From Clostridia bacterium (lineage in GTDB: Bacteria; Bacillota; Clostridia; Oscillospirales; UBA644): DNA of 64,000 nucleotides. The position numbers were made by a program, and so were the translations under genes. The stretch lies in the NCBI GenBank assembly GCA_017621705.1, contig JAGASR010000036.1, positions 6,837-70,836 on the forward strand. The letters run 5' to 3'. Under the pieces are notes generated by a model that saw nothing but the letters and a program-made list of their open reading frames with translations, was not told the DNA's origin and made no database searches. Below are positions 17,439-25,702 of this stretch, piece after piece (position 1 is the first letter of the stretch; each line of letters opens with the position of its first letter).

Positions 17439-18836
17439 TCAATTATTATCTACGTACTCTTCGTATTCTTTGATAAATTCGTAGTTGGGAACGACGTATT
17501 CTTCAACGAGAGCGCTTGCGGCTTCCGCGTATTTCTCAATAATTTCTGCGGAAGAAGCGCCTTTGATGGCCTCGGACTTGGCGTTGCCAAAATAATCAAA
17601 GATGCCGACTGTCCAGTAGTTCCAGCGTACATCACGAAGATAAGTGGTGAAGAATTCAACGTCACGCTTATCATAGAAGAAGCCCGAAGCATACTGCTGA
17701 ATATCGTCGAGAGTTTCGTATCCTTCAAACGGGTCGCACATGCGGTCGATTACCATTGCGGCGCCCTCAGGTTCTTTTGCGTTGATATAGATACCGAAAG
17801 AGTCAAAGTCGGAAAAGAGGCTGGGCCATTCGCCGTACGTTCCGCGAGGACCGCAGGGCATGGGAACGATGCCGTAGTTACCCATTTCGTAAACGATATC
17901 ACCCATCATATGGGAAAAAGAGGTCTGTGCCATAACGATCTCGCCTGCAAGGAAGCCAGATGTCATTTCGTTATAACCGAGAGTTGTGATACAGTCAGAA
18001 TGATTTGCGTAAAGACGGGAGAACCAGTCGAAAGTCTCTGCAATAGCAGCAGAATTAAGCGCAGGGACAGCACGTCCGTCATCGGTAACGGAAATAAGGC
18101 TTGCGCCGTTCATCATAGCGAGTTCTGCAAGAGACCATGTGAAGTTGACTGCGGTAGCTTCAAAGTCGCCGTCTTCGATCTGGTAATCGGGAATAACTTT
18201 TTCGAAATTATCCCAGGTCCATTCGCCGTTTTCGACATAGTCACGGGGGTCAACTTTACCGTAACGAGCAATAAGATCTTCGTTGACAGAGAAGATATTA
18301 TAAGCATAAGACATCTGCTTACCGGGCCAAGCGACGGGAGCTACGGTATAGGGAACACCGTTCATCATACCGATCTCAAGAAGACCGAGACTGCCGAATT
18401 TATCGGCATTCATATAGTCGAGAAAATCTCTTAAAATATCGAGAGGATAAAGAACGCTTGCCTGAACGAGCTTTGAGGGCTGATGAGTATAACCGATCTC
18501 TGCGACATGAACACCGCCGTAAACCTTTGTGATGGTGCCTTCAAGATAGCTGTTCGGCTCGGCGATAAGAGTAACGGTGCAGTTCAGTTCTTTGCCTATA
18601 TCGGACATTCTTTTGAGCACGAAGTCTGACATAAGCGTATCGAGAGGATAGCAGAACGGCTGTTCAAGGTCAAAGCTCTGAATGATCGCACACTCGTAGC
18701 CGTTAAGGTCGACTGTATCGCCATCGTAAAGATCGTCGATATCCATATCGAAAAATTCGGGCTGTTCGGTCTGCGCACAGGAACAGATTCCAAAGACCAT
18801 GACAAAGAGAAGCAAACAGGAAATTATTTTTTTCAT
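17439..18836 (-). CDS. lipoprotein, solute-binding-protein-like, paralog 7 of 7
   Basis: ORF 17439..18914. Start moved to MKKIISCLLLFVMVFGICSCAQ (ATG 18834-18836), 10 nt after AGGAG. By eye it is most similar to paralog 6. Confidence 0.85.
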   Translation of the reverse strand: MKKIISCLLLFVMVFGICSCAQTEQPEFFDMDIDDLYDGDTVDLNGYECAIIQSFDLEQPFCYPLDTLMSDFVLKRMSDIGKELNCTVTLIAEPNSYLEGTITKVYGGVHVAEIGYTHQPSKLVQASVLYPLDILRDFLDYMNADKFGSLGLLEIGMMNGVPYTVAPVAWPGKQMSYAYNIFSVNEDLIARYGKVDPRDYVENGEWTWDNFEKVIPDYQIEDGDFEATAVNFTWSLAELAMMNGASLISVTDDGRAVPALNSAAIAETFDWFSRLYANHSDCITTLGYNEMTSGFLAGEIVMAQTSFSHMMGDIVYEMGNYGIVPMPCGPRGTYGEWPSLFSDFDSFGIYINAKEPEGAAMVIDRMCDPFEGYETLDDIQQYASGFFYDKRDVEFFTTYLRDVRWNYWTVGIFDYFGNAKSEAIKGASSAEIIEKYAEAASALVEEYVVPNYEFIKEYEEYVDNN

Positions 18837-19005
18837 AAAACGATATCTCCTAAGTTTTTTCATCATTATAGCACATAAGTTTTCGATCCGCAACATAATT
18901 CCATAAAAAGTCAAAAAATAAGTTATATTTTTTTTAGTATATTTTAATTTTACATGTTACAATCAAACCGTAAAATGAAAAATACACTGTGAAGGGAGGA
19001 ACGAA

Positions 19006-19734
19006 ATGCCGAAATTCACATATTCATTTGAACGGTACGAGATGAAATATCTAATAACGCAAGAGCAGAAAACCGGGCTTCTGGATCTGATGAGCAAACA
19101 TATGATCCCCGATGCTTTCGGAAAAAGTTCGATACGGAATATCTACCTTGATACTCCGGACAGACGGCTGATCGTAAACTCTCTCGACCATCCGAAATTC
19201 AAGGAAAAGATGCGGATTCGAAGTTACGGCACAGCGACGGACGATGACACGGTTTTCGTTGAGCTGAAAAGAAAATACAAATCGGTCGTTTATAAACGGA
19301 GAGTTTCGATGACGAACGCAGAGGCTCTCGATTACGTTTTCGGCGGTCCTCCCCCGAAAAATAATCAGATAACCCGTGAGATCGATCGGTTTATGAAATT
19401 TTACGAAAATCTTGAGCCTGCAATGTTTATATCTTATGAACGAGAGGCTTTTTTCGCCAAAGACGACGGGACTTTCCGCATGACATTCGATGAAAATATT
19501 CTTTGGAGAGACCGGGATCTTTCCCTTTGCAAAGAAGCCTACGGAGAGCCGATCCTGCCGCCCGAAACATTTCTTATGGAGATAAAAACGGCGTACTCGA
19601 TCCCTTTATGGCTCACGGCCTTTCTTTCCGAAAACGGGATATTCAAAACGAGTTTTTCAAAATACGGGCTTGCTTTTTCCGCCCAAATGAATAAAAAAAG
19701 AAACGGAAGTATATTAAATGGACAGCTTATTTAA
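19006..19734 (+). CDS. VTC-domain (polyphosphate polymerase / triphosphate-tunnel) protein
   Basis: FERYEMKYLIT, IYLDTPD, MRIRSY and VFVELKRKYKSVVYKRR pattern typical of bacterial VTC (PF09359-like) proteins. RBS GGGAGG. Confidence 0.75.
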   Translation: MPKFTYSFERYEMKYLITQEQKTGLLDLMSKHMIPDAFGKSSIRNIYLDTPDRRLIVNSLDHPKFKEKMRIRSYGTATDDDTVFVELKRKYKSVVYKRRVSMTNAEALDYVFGGPPPKNNQITREIDRFMKFYENLEPAMFISYEREAFFAKDDGTFRMTFDENILWRDRDLSLCKEAYGEPILPPETFLMEIKTAYSIPLWLTAFLSENGIFKTSFSKYGLAFSAQMNKKRNGSILNGQLI

Positions 19735-20407
19735 CGGAATTTTCGATACAACATTAACAAACGTCATAAATGTAAGCGATTTTCTTCTTTGCGTTGCCGT
19801 ATCGATCGTAATCGGCATTATATTTGCCGCAGTTTTTTCGTTCAAGGCGAATTCGTCAAAAAGTTTTCTCATAACGCTCGCCCTGCTTCCCGCAACGGTC
19901 TGCGTCGTTATAATGATGGTAAACGGAAATATCGGCACGGGTGTCGCGGTCGCAGGCGCTTTTTCGCTCGTAAGATTCCGCTCTGCCCCCGGCTCCGCTA
20001 AAGAGATAGCCGCGATCTTTCTCGCAATGGCATCGGGACTTATCGCAGGCATGGGCTATCTTGCATACTCCGCACTTTTTGCGGTGATACTCTGCGCCGC
20101 GTATCTTGTTTTCAACGCCTTCAGTTTCAGAAGCAAAAACAGGATCATTGAAAAAACACTCAATATCACAATTCCCGAAAACCTTGATTACAATGGAGTT
20201 TTCGACGATATTTTCGAAGAATATCTCAAATCCGCTGAGCTTATTTCCGTAAAGACATCGGGCCTCGGAAGTCTGTATAAATTAAAATACGATATAACTC
20301 TGAAGGATCCAGCAAAAGAAAAAGAGATGATCGATGCACTCCGCTGCAGAAACGGAAACCTCGAAATCTGCTGTTCAATAAGAGAAACGAACTCGCTTGA
20401 ATTATAA
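19718..20407 (+). CDS. DUF4956-like membrane protein (usual partner of bacterial VTC-domain proteins)
   Basis: 17-nt overlap with the VTC gene. The N-terminal half has 3-4 TM helices and the C-terminal half is soluble. Family assignment is from memory of the conserved gene pair. Confidence 0.65.
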   Translation: MDSLFNGIFDTTLTNVINVSDFLLCVAVSIVIGIIFAAVFSFKANSSKSFLITLALLPATVCVVIMMVNGNIGTGVAVAGAFSLVRFRSAPGSAKEIAAIFLAMASGLIAGMGYLAYSALFAVILCAAYLVFNAFSFRSKNRIIEKTLNITIPENLDYNGVFDDIFEEYLKSAELISVKTSGLGSLYKLKYDITLKDPAKEKEMIDALRCRNGNLEICCSIRETNSLEL

Positions 20408-20481
20408 AAACGCTTGACAAAAGACTGAAAATATGTTACCATATTTACAATTTTATTATACATAAACAAGGAGATTCAACC

Positions 20482-20742
20482 ATGGATATCAAAGAAATGA
20501 TCACCGACGCTGTTGAAAGAGTCGTTAAAATGCTTAAAGAAGATGATTCTCTTCTCAAGAGATTCAAGACCGAACCCGTAAAGGTTCTCGAAGAGATCAT
20601 CGGCAAAGACCTTCCCGATGAAAAGATCGAAGAAGTTATCGACCTTATCAAAGCTAAACTTGCAGCAGATAAGCTCGACGACACCGTTGACGACATCAAA
20701 GACGCGCTCGGCGGACTCAAGAACCTTTTCGGCAAAAAATAA
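20482..20742 (+). CDS. small acidic helical protein, unknown function
   Basis: 86 aa, K/E/D-rich. RBS AAGGAGA 7 nt upstream, own TTGACA-17-TACCAT promoter (about 20414-20442), and a terminator at 20793-20826. Confidence 0.7.
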   Translation: MDIKEMITDAVERVVKMLKEDDSLLKRFKTEPVKVLEEIIGKDLPDEKIEEVIDLIKAKLAADKLDDTVDDIKDALGGLKNLFGKK

Positions 20743-20792
20743 GGTTCAATCCGAAAGATAAAAGGTTCCCGAATTATAAAACCAAACAGATA

Positions 20793-20826
20793 ACAGGCAC
20801 AGAATAACGACTCTGTGCCTGTTTTA
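20793..20826 (+). terminator. intrinsic terminator
   Basis: ACAGGCACAG-aataacgact-CTGTGCCTGT followed by TTTTA. Confidence 0.8.
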
Positions 20827-20907
20827 ATATAACTGAACAAATATAATCAGTTAAGGAAACCGGGGTTCATCTAACGGTTGAAAAGAGTTAAAATTTCAGG
20901 AGAACAG

Positions 20908-21414
20908 ATGATAAAACATATTGCAAATCTGGTCACGTGTTGTCGTATTTTGGGTAGTGGTTTGTTGTTATTTTTTCCTGCGTTTTCGGTAAAGTTTTAT
21001 ATCATATATATCATCTGCGGTTTTAGTGATATGATAGATGGTACTATCGCAAGAAAGACAAACAGCATCAGTGAATTGGGATCTAAAATCGATACCGTAG
21101 CAGACATTGCGTTTGTAACAGTATCTTTGATTAAAATATTGCCAATAATTAATTTACCTCAATGGGTATGGCTATGGGGTACTGTAATCACAATTATCAA
21201 AATAGGTAATATCATATGGGGATATGCTTTTAAAAAACAGTTCATATCCCTGCATACTATAATGAACAAGATTACGGGATTGTTATTATTCCTTTTGCCG
21301 CTAACATTGTCTTTTGCAGAATTGAAATACAGTTCTATTATAGTGTGTTCTACAGCAACATTCGCAGCAATTCAAGAGGGAGTTTATATTGTAGCAAATC
21401 GTGAAAACCAATAG
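20908..21414 (+). CDS. CDP-alcohol phosphatidyltransferase family protein (short, 168 aa)
   Basis: Signature D-x2-DG-x2-AR-x8-G-x3-D-x3-D, seen as SDMIDGTIARKTNSISELGSKIDTVAD. Start moved to ATG 20908 after AGGAGA. Visibly more A/T-rich than its neighbours. Confidence 0.8.
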   Translation: MIKHIANLVTCCRILGSGLLLFFPAFSVKFYIIYIICGFSDMIDGTIARKTNSISELGSKIDTVADIAFVTVSLIKILPIINLPQWVWLWGTVITIIKIGNIIWGYAFKKQFISLHTIMNKITGLLLFLLPLTLSFAELKYSSIIVCSTATFAAIQEGVYIVANRENQ

Positions 21415-21435
21415 GTCAATCTAAATTCCCTGAAC

Positions 21436-21490
21436 AAAAACCGTCCCCGATATGAGAATCATTTGATGTCTCATATCGGGGACGGTTTTA
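21436..21490. terminator. bidirectional terminator with a perfect 17-bp stem
   Basis: CCGTCCCCGATATGAGA (21441-21457) pairs with TCTCATATCGGGGACGG (21469-21485), flanked by AAAAA and TTTTA. It lies between convergent genes. Confidence 0.85.
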
Positions 21491-21551
21491 AACATTATAA
21501 AATTTTTCTTACACAAATAAGCCTTGAGAAAACGGAAACCTGTGTGTTCTA

Positions 21552-22202
21552 TCAAAGCTTTTTGAGATGTTCGAGAAGTTCTGCGGAAGTTTCGGCAAAT
21601 ACGGTCTGCGGAAGATCGCTGTATGCCTCTTTTGCTCGATATCCCCAGAGAACGGAGACACAGTTCATGCCTGCATTCTGAGCGGTTTTGAAATCTTCGG
21701 GAGAGTCTCCGACAAAAACGGTGTCTTTCGGATCGACATTCATTTTCTCTGCAACAAGAAGAGCGGAAGTCGGATCGGGTTTGAGAGGAAGCCCCTCCTG
21801 TTTTCCCATAACACATGAAAAAGGAATATCGGAAAAATAATGCGCAATGATCTTTTTTGTCTGCTCATCGGGTTTATTCGAAAGAACCGAGATTTTTATT
21901 CCATCATTGACGAGAGATAAAAGAAGTTCACGTATGCCGTCATAATATTCGGTACGGACTGTAAGGTTCCGGGAATACGTTTCACCGTAAAGAGAATAGA
22001 GTTCGGATACGGTCTGATCGTCGGCATTTCCGCCGAGAGCACGAATGACAAGATTGCGCGCTCCGTTGCCTATAAAGGCTTTTAACTGTACAGTCGATAT
22101 AGTCGGCTTGCCGAGTTTTTCGAGAGAAGAGTTCATTGAATATAAAAGATCGGGAACGGTGTTGAGGAGCGTTCCGTCGAGGTCAAAAATTACGCCTTTC
22201 AT
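21552..22202 (-). CDS. HAD hydrolase, phosphoglycolate-phosphatase-like
   Basis: VIFDLDGTLLNT motif I, SNK motif II, and FVGDSPEDFKTAQNAGMNCVSVLWGY motifs III/IV. Confidence 0.8.
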   Translation of the reverse strand: MKGVIFDLDGTLLNTVPDLLYSMNSSLEKLGKPTISTVQLKAFIGNGARNLVIRALGGNADDQTVSELYSLYGETYSRNLTVRTEYYDGIRELLLSLVNDGIKISVLSNKPDEQTKKIIAHYFSDIPFSCVMGKQEGLPLKPDPTSALLVAEKMNVDPKDTVFVGDSPEDFKTAQNAGMNCVSVLWGYRAKEAYSDLPQTVFAETSAELLEHLKKL

Positions 22203-22417
22203 GGGTTTTTCCTTTTATTTTAACGTTTTTACCCACCGTCGGCAGGCATATATATATTATAACTCCAACGTTCAGATTTGTCAATAATAAATTTAAATGT
22301 AAAGGTACACAATTTTACAGCATCGTGAATAATTTATGAACTATCGACGGTAAGGTTGAAAAGTCACAAAAGAAATGATATACTTATATGTATAAATATT
22401 TAACGGGGAGGTGCGGC

Positions 22418-24547
22418 ATGAGATACCTTAATACGGATCCGGAAAGGACATATTTCCGGGTAAAATCTTTTTTCTCGCCCGATGCGGATCTCGGTACGGA
22501 CGCGGCGATAATATACGGTCTTGATTCAACTACTGCAGATCGGCTCAAAGACTGGGGAAATCACGGATACACGACACATTTCATGACGAGCCTTTCGTGG
22601 GGCGATTATTCGGATTATCTGAACGGGAAATACGACGGAAGAAAGCATCTTGACGAGATACAGACGACCGAAGACGGGACCTACGTTCTTCACGGTCTTT
22701 CATCGCCTTATATGGTGCCAACGCTCGAATTTACGGACTATCTTTCGGAAAAGCTTCTGAAGATCGTCGATATGGGCGTTAAAGTTATATTTCTCGAAGA
22801 GCCCGTATTTTTCACCAAAAGCGGTTACAGTGATGCGTTCAAGACAGAGTGGGAGATCTACTACGGTTCACCGTGGCAGGCCCCGGGTTCGTCGGAAGAT
22901 GCGCAGTTCAAAGCATCGAGGCTAAAGGCATTCCTGCTTCGCCGCTGTATCGTCAACGTAAGCACACGACTCAAATACTACGCGAAAAAGAAATACAACT
23001 GTCAGATAAAAATATATTCTGTTTTAAACAGTTTCATAAACTATTCCCAGCGAAATATCATAACTCCGGGCAGAGACCTTGCGACCCGTCCGCAGATAGA
23101 CGGCTTTGCGGCGCAAGTACGTCCGGAAACGGTGAAGATTCCGAAAATTTACAACGGAATAAGGAAAGAGCGTGTTTTCGAAACGGCGTATCTTGAATAC
23201 GGAATCATGCAGGAGCTCGTTGAGAACACAGATAAAGAGATGATCTTTATCCATAATCCTTCCGACGACAAGCCGACGCAGAACTGGCAGGAAAGCAGGG
23301 CAAATTACGAAAAGATCCTTGTTGCATCCTTGCTTTCCCCGAAAATTTCAAAATACGAAGTCTGCCAGTCGCCCGAAAAGATATTCAGGAAAAAAGAGCA
23401 GATTTTAGGTGCAAAACCTGTTCCGAGCGCATATAAGACTGTCCTCATGACCGTCATAAACACATTGAAAAAGATGAGGCAGACGGAAGTTTCGGGCGAA
23501 AATCAGGAAGATACGGTCGGAATATTTATGTCCGATACGGCGATGTTCCAAAGAGAATATCCCGACGGAAACGGCTACAGCTTTGCATATGCGGACTCGA
23601 TAGCGGAATTTTCATGTTTTTACGGTCTTTGTCTGCCGCTGATGTTAAGAGGTCTTCCGATAAGACCGATCGTTCTTGAAAACATTACGGATTCGCACGA
23701 ATATTTAAACAATTATAAAATAGCGGTTTTAAGCTATGAATTCATGAAGCCCCTCTCCCCTGCTTACCACTATGTTTTATCATCATGGGTACGTGACGGC
23801 GGTATACTGATTTATGTTGGGGAAGACAGCGACTCGTTCAACAAAACAGACGAATGGTGGAAGCATTGCGACTGCACATTTTCGTCTCCTGCAGGACATC
23901 TTTTCGACGTCCTCGGAATTGCTCCGAAAATAAAAGCGATGAGAAAGAAACGCTCTACCCTTTCACGTTCTCCGAACTACGGAATGTTTGAAGTCGGCAA
24001 GGGTGCAGTGGCGGTCCTCGACGCAAACCCCGCAAAATGCGCTCAGGATAAGGCGTTTTCGCAGATGCTTATAAAGCTCGTTTCGTCAACCGCGGAAAAA
24101 CGTAATATCGAAATTGAGCAGAAAGGCTATTTTATGCTCAACCGCGGTCCTTACAAAATTTTTGCGACTTTGAACGAAGAATTCAAAGACAATATTCCGT
24201 TAAACGGTAATTTCATCAATCTTCTGAGTGAAAAACTTGAGTACGATACATTGATCGTTGCCGAACCGAACTCGTATCATTTCCTTTACGATATAGATGC
24301 GGCAAAGCTCAAAAAGACAGAAATTATCGCGTGCAGCGCATATACGGAGCAGCTTATCTCAGACGAAAAAATGTTCTCATTTTCAGCGAAAGCGCCGTCT
24401 GACACAAACTGCGTATGCAGACTCTGGCTCAAAGAAGATGCGGAAGTTTTCGTCAACGGTCAAAGCACGGCATTTACAAGAGAAAAAAATACTGTTTTCT
24501 TTTCCTTTGCGGGCGGAGAAAACAAGATAGAAATAATTTATAAGTAA
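22418..24547 (+). CDS. large cytoplasmic protein of unknown function (709 aa)
   Basis: ORF 22388..24547. Start moved to ATG 22418, 6 nt after GGGGAGG. No signal peptide or TM helix, and no family recognised by eye. It forms an operon with the ASRT homologue and a HAD phosphatase. Confidence 0.7.
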   Translation: MRYLNTDPERTYFRVKSFFSPDADLGTDAAIIYGLDSTTADRLKDWGNHGYTTHFMTSLSWGDYSDYLNGKYDGRKHLDEIQTTEDGTYVLHGLSSPYMVPTLEFTDYLSEKLLKIVDMGVKVIFLEEPVFFTKSGYSDAFKTEWEIYYGSPWQAPGSSEDAQFKASRLKAFLLRRCIVNVSTRLKYYAKKKYNCQIKIYSVLNSFINYSQRNIITPGRDLATRPQIDGFAAQVRPETVKIPKIYNGIRKERVFETAYLEYGIMQELVENTDKEMIFIHNPSDDKPTQNWQESRANYEKILVASLLSPKISKYEVCQSPEKIFRKKEQILGAKPVPSAYKTVLMTVINTLKKMRQTEVSGENQEDTVGIFMSDTAMFQREYPDGNGYSFAYADSIAEFSCFYGLCLPLMLRGLPIRPIVLENITDSHEYLNNYKIAVLSYEFMKPLSPAYHYVLSSWVRDGGILIYVGEDSDSFNKTDEWWKHCDCTFSSPAGHLFDVLGIAPKIKAMRKKRSTLSRSPNYGMFEVGKGAVAVLDANPAKCAQDKAFSQMLIKLVSSTAEKRNIEIEQKGYFMLNRGPYKIFATLNEEFKDNIPLNGNFINLLSEKLEYDTLIVAEPNSYHFLYDIDAAKLKKTEIIACSAYTEQLISDEKMFSFSAKAPSDTNCVCRLWLKEDAEVFVNGQSTAFTREKNTVFFSFAGGENKIEIIYK

Positions 24548-24561
24548 AGCGGAGGTTCAAA

Positions 24562-24930
24562 ATGGCAGAATACGGCAAAAAGACATGGCTTATCCCCGAC
24601 GGATACTATGATTCGCAGTTTGTAAAGCAGGTTTCTCACGATGCGGTCTGCGTTCTTAACACGACCGAAAAAGATGCGACGATCAAAATGACCCTTTTCT
24701 TTGAAGACAGAGAAGAAATGGGCGGATTTGAAGCAAAATGCGGCGCGAGAAGAACCCACCATATCCGCATGGATAAGATAAAAAGCATTGACGGCAAATC
24801 CGTTCCGACAGACACACCGTACGCTATCCTCGTTGAAAGCGACGTACCGGTAGTTGTTCAGTATTCGAGACTTGATACTGCGCAGGAAGCTCTTGCGCTT
24901 ATGACAACGATCGCATATGCTGTTGATTGA
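24562..24930 (+). CDS. sensory rhodopsin transducer (ASRT) family protein
   Basis: 122 aa. It aligns by eye along its whole length with Anabaena ASRT / Thermotoga TM1070: IPDGYY...SHDAVCVLN...DATIKMTLFF...RRTHHIRMD...DTPYAILVESDVPVVVQYSRLDTAQEALALMTTIAYAV. Confidence 0.8.
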   Translation: MAEYGKKTWLIPDGYYDSQFVKQVSHDAVCVLNTTEKDATIKMTLFFEDREEMGGFEAKCGARRTHHIRMDKIKSIDGKSVPTDTPYAILVESDVPVVVQYSRLDTAQEALALMTTIAYAVD

Positions 24931-25588
24931 TAACAGAGAAATAAAGCTTGCGATATTCGACATGGACGGTCTGCTTCTCGATTCCGAAAAGATAAACCGA
25001 GAAATGTGGATAAAGACAGCAAAAATGCTCGGTTACGAGATGACTTTCGAGCAGTGGTTCGGTTTACTCGGAACTAACGAGGAATCTGAAAAACAGTATC
25101 TTTACAATCTTTACGGATCCGACTGTCCTGCTGAGAAATTCCGTTCGGTACGAATGAAGCTGATCGGCGAGTATGCCGAAGAATTCGGAATACCCGTAAA
25201 AAAAGGAGCAAAAGAGATTCTTGAATTTTTCAAAGAGAACGGTGTTTCGTGCGTCGTTGCGACCTCATCGGTAAGAGCAAGGGCAGAAAAAATTCTCGAA
25301 AAAGCGGGACTGCTCGGATATTTTGACAGTCTGACATGCGGCGATGAAGTCAAACTCGGAAAGCCCGACCCCGAGCTTTTCGAAAAAGCCGCAAAAAAAG
25401 CAGAAATCGAAGCCGAAAAGTGCGTTGTTTTCGAAGACTCCGAAAACGGAATAATAGCCGCAAGCAGGGCAAAAATGATACCCGTCTGCGTGCCTGATCT
25501 TCAGCCGTCTACGCAAACAGTAAAAGAACTTGCGATAATTATCGAATCTCTCGATAAATTTACGGAAATCACAAAAAAATTTTGCTAA
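24917..25588 (+). CDS. HAD hydrolase, beta-phosphoglucomutase/sugar-phosphatase-like
   Basis: LAIFDMDGLLLDSE motif I, ATSS motif II, K-x-KPDPELF, and VFEDSENGIIAASRA motif IV. 14-nt overlap with the ASRT gene. Confidence 0.8.
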   Translation: MLLIDNREIKLAIFDMDGLLLDSEKINREMWIKTAKMLGYEMTFEQWFGLLGTNEESEKQYLYNLYGSDCPAEKFRSVRMKLIGEYAEEFGIPVKKGAKEILEFFKENGVSCVVATSSVRARAEKILEKAGLLGYFDSLTCGDEVKLGKPDPELFEKAAKKAEIEAEKCVVFEDSENGIIAASRAKMIPVCVPDLQPSTQTVKELAIIIESLDKFTEITKKFC

Positions 25589-25702
25589 ATCATGGAACAT
25601 TTAAATCAATTTAGCAGTCTAAAGTCATACAGGTGAATTGAATTCACCTGTATCTTTGCTATACACACAAAAAAACAAACACACGAAAGGAGGCTGGAGA
25701 CA

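Noticed and set aside
7477-18434. Plus-strand ORFs inside the lipoprotein paralogs and ABC operon (7477-8040, 9130-10008, 10499-11659, 11884-12759, 13142-14041, 16395-16754, 17313-18434).
   Set aside because: All are antisense shadows of well-supported minus-strand genes. Their recurrence in each paralog simply reflects the paralogy.
2457-18836. The repeated ~1.4-kb units could be taken for a repeat element, IS copies or a CRISPR-like array.
   Set aside because: The units are diverged protein-coding paralogs with their own promoters and terminators. There are no short direct repeats with unique spacers, no terminal inverted repeats and no transposase.
21421-21816. 131-aa minus-strand ORF spanning the bidirectional terminator and the 3' end of the HAD gene.
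   Set aside because: It is an Arg/Cys/Ser-rich translation in a different frame of the same strand as the well-supported HAD gene, it runs through a 17-bp terminator stem, and it has no RBS.
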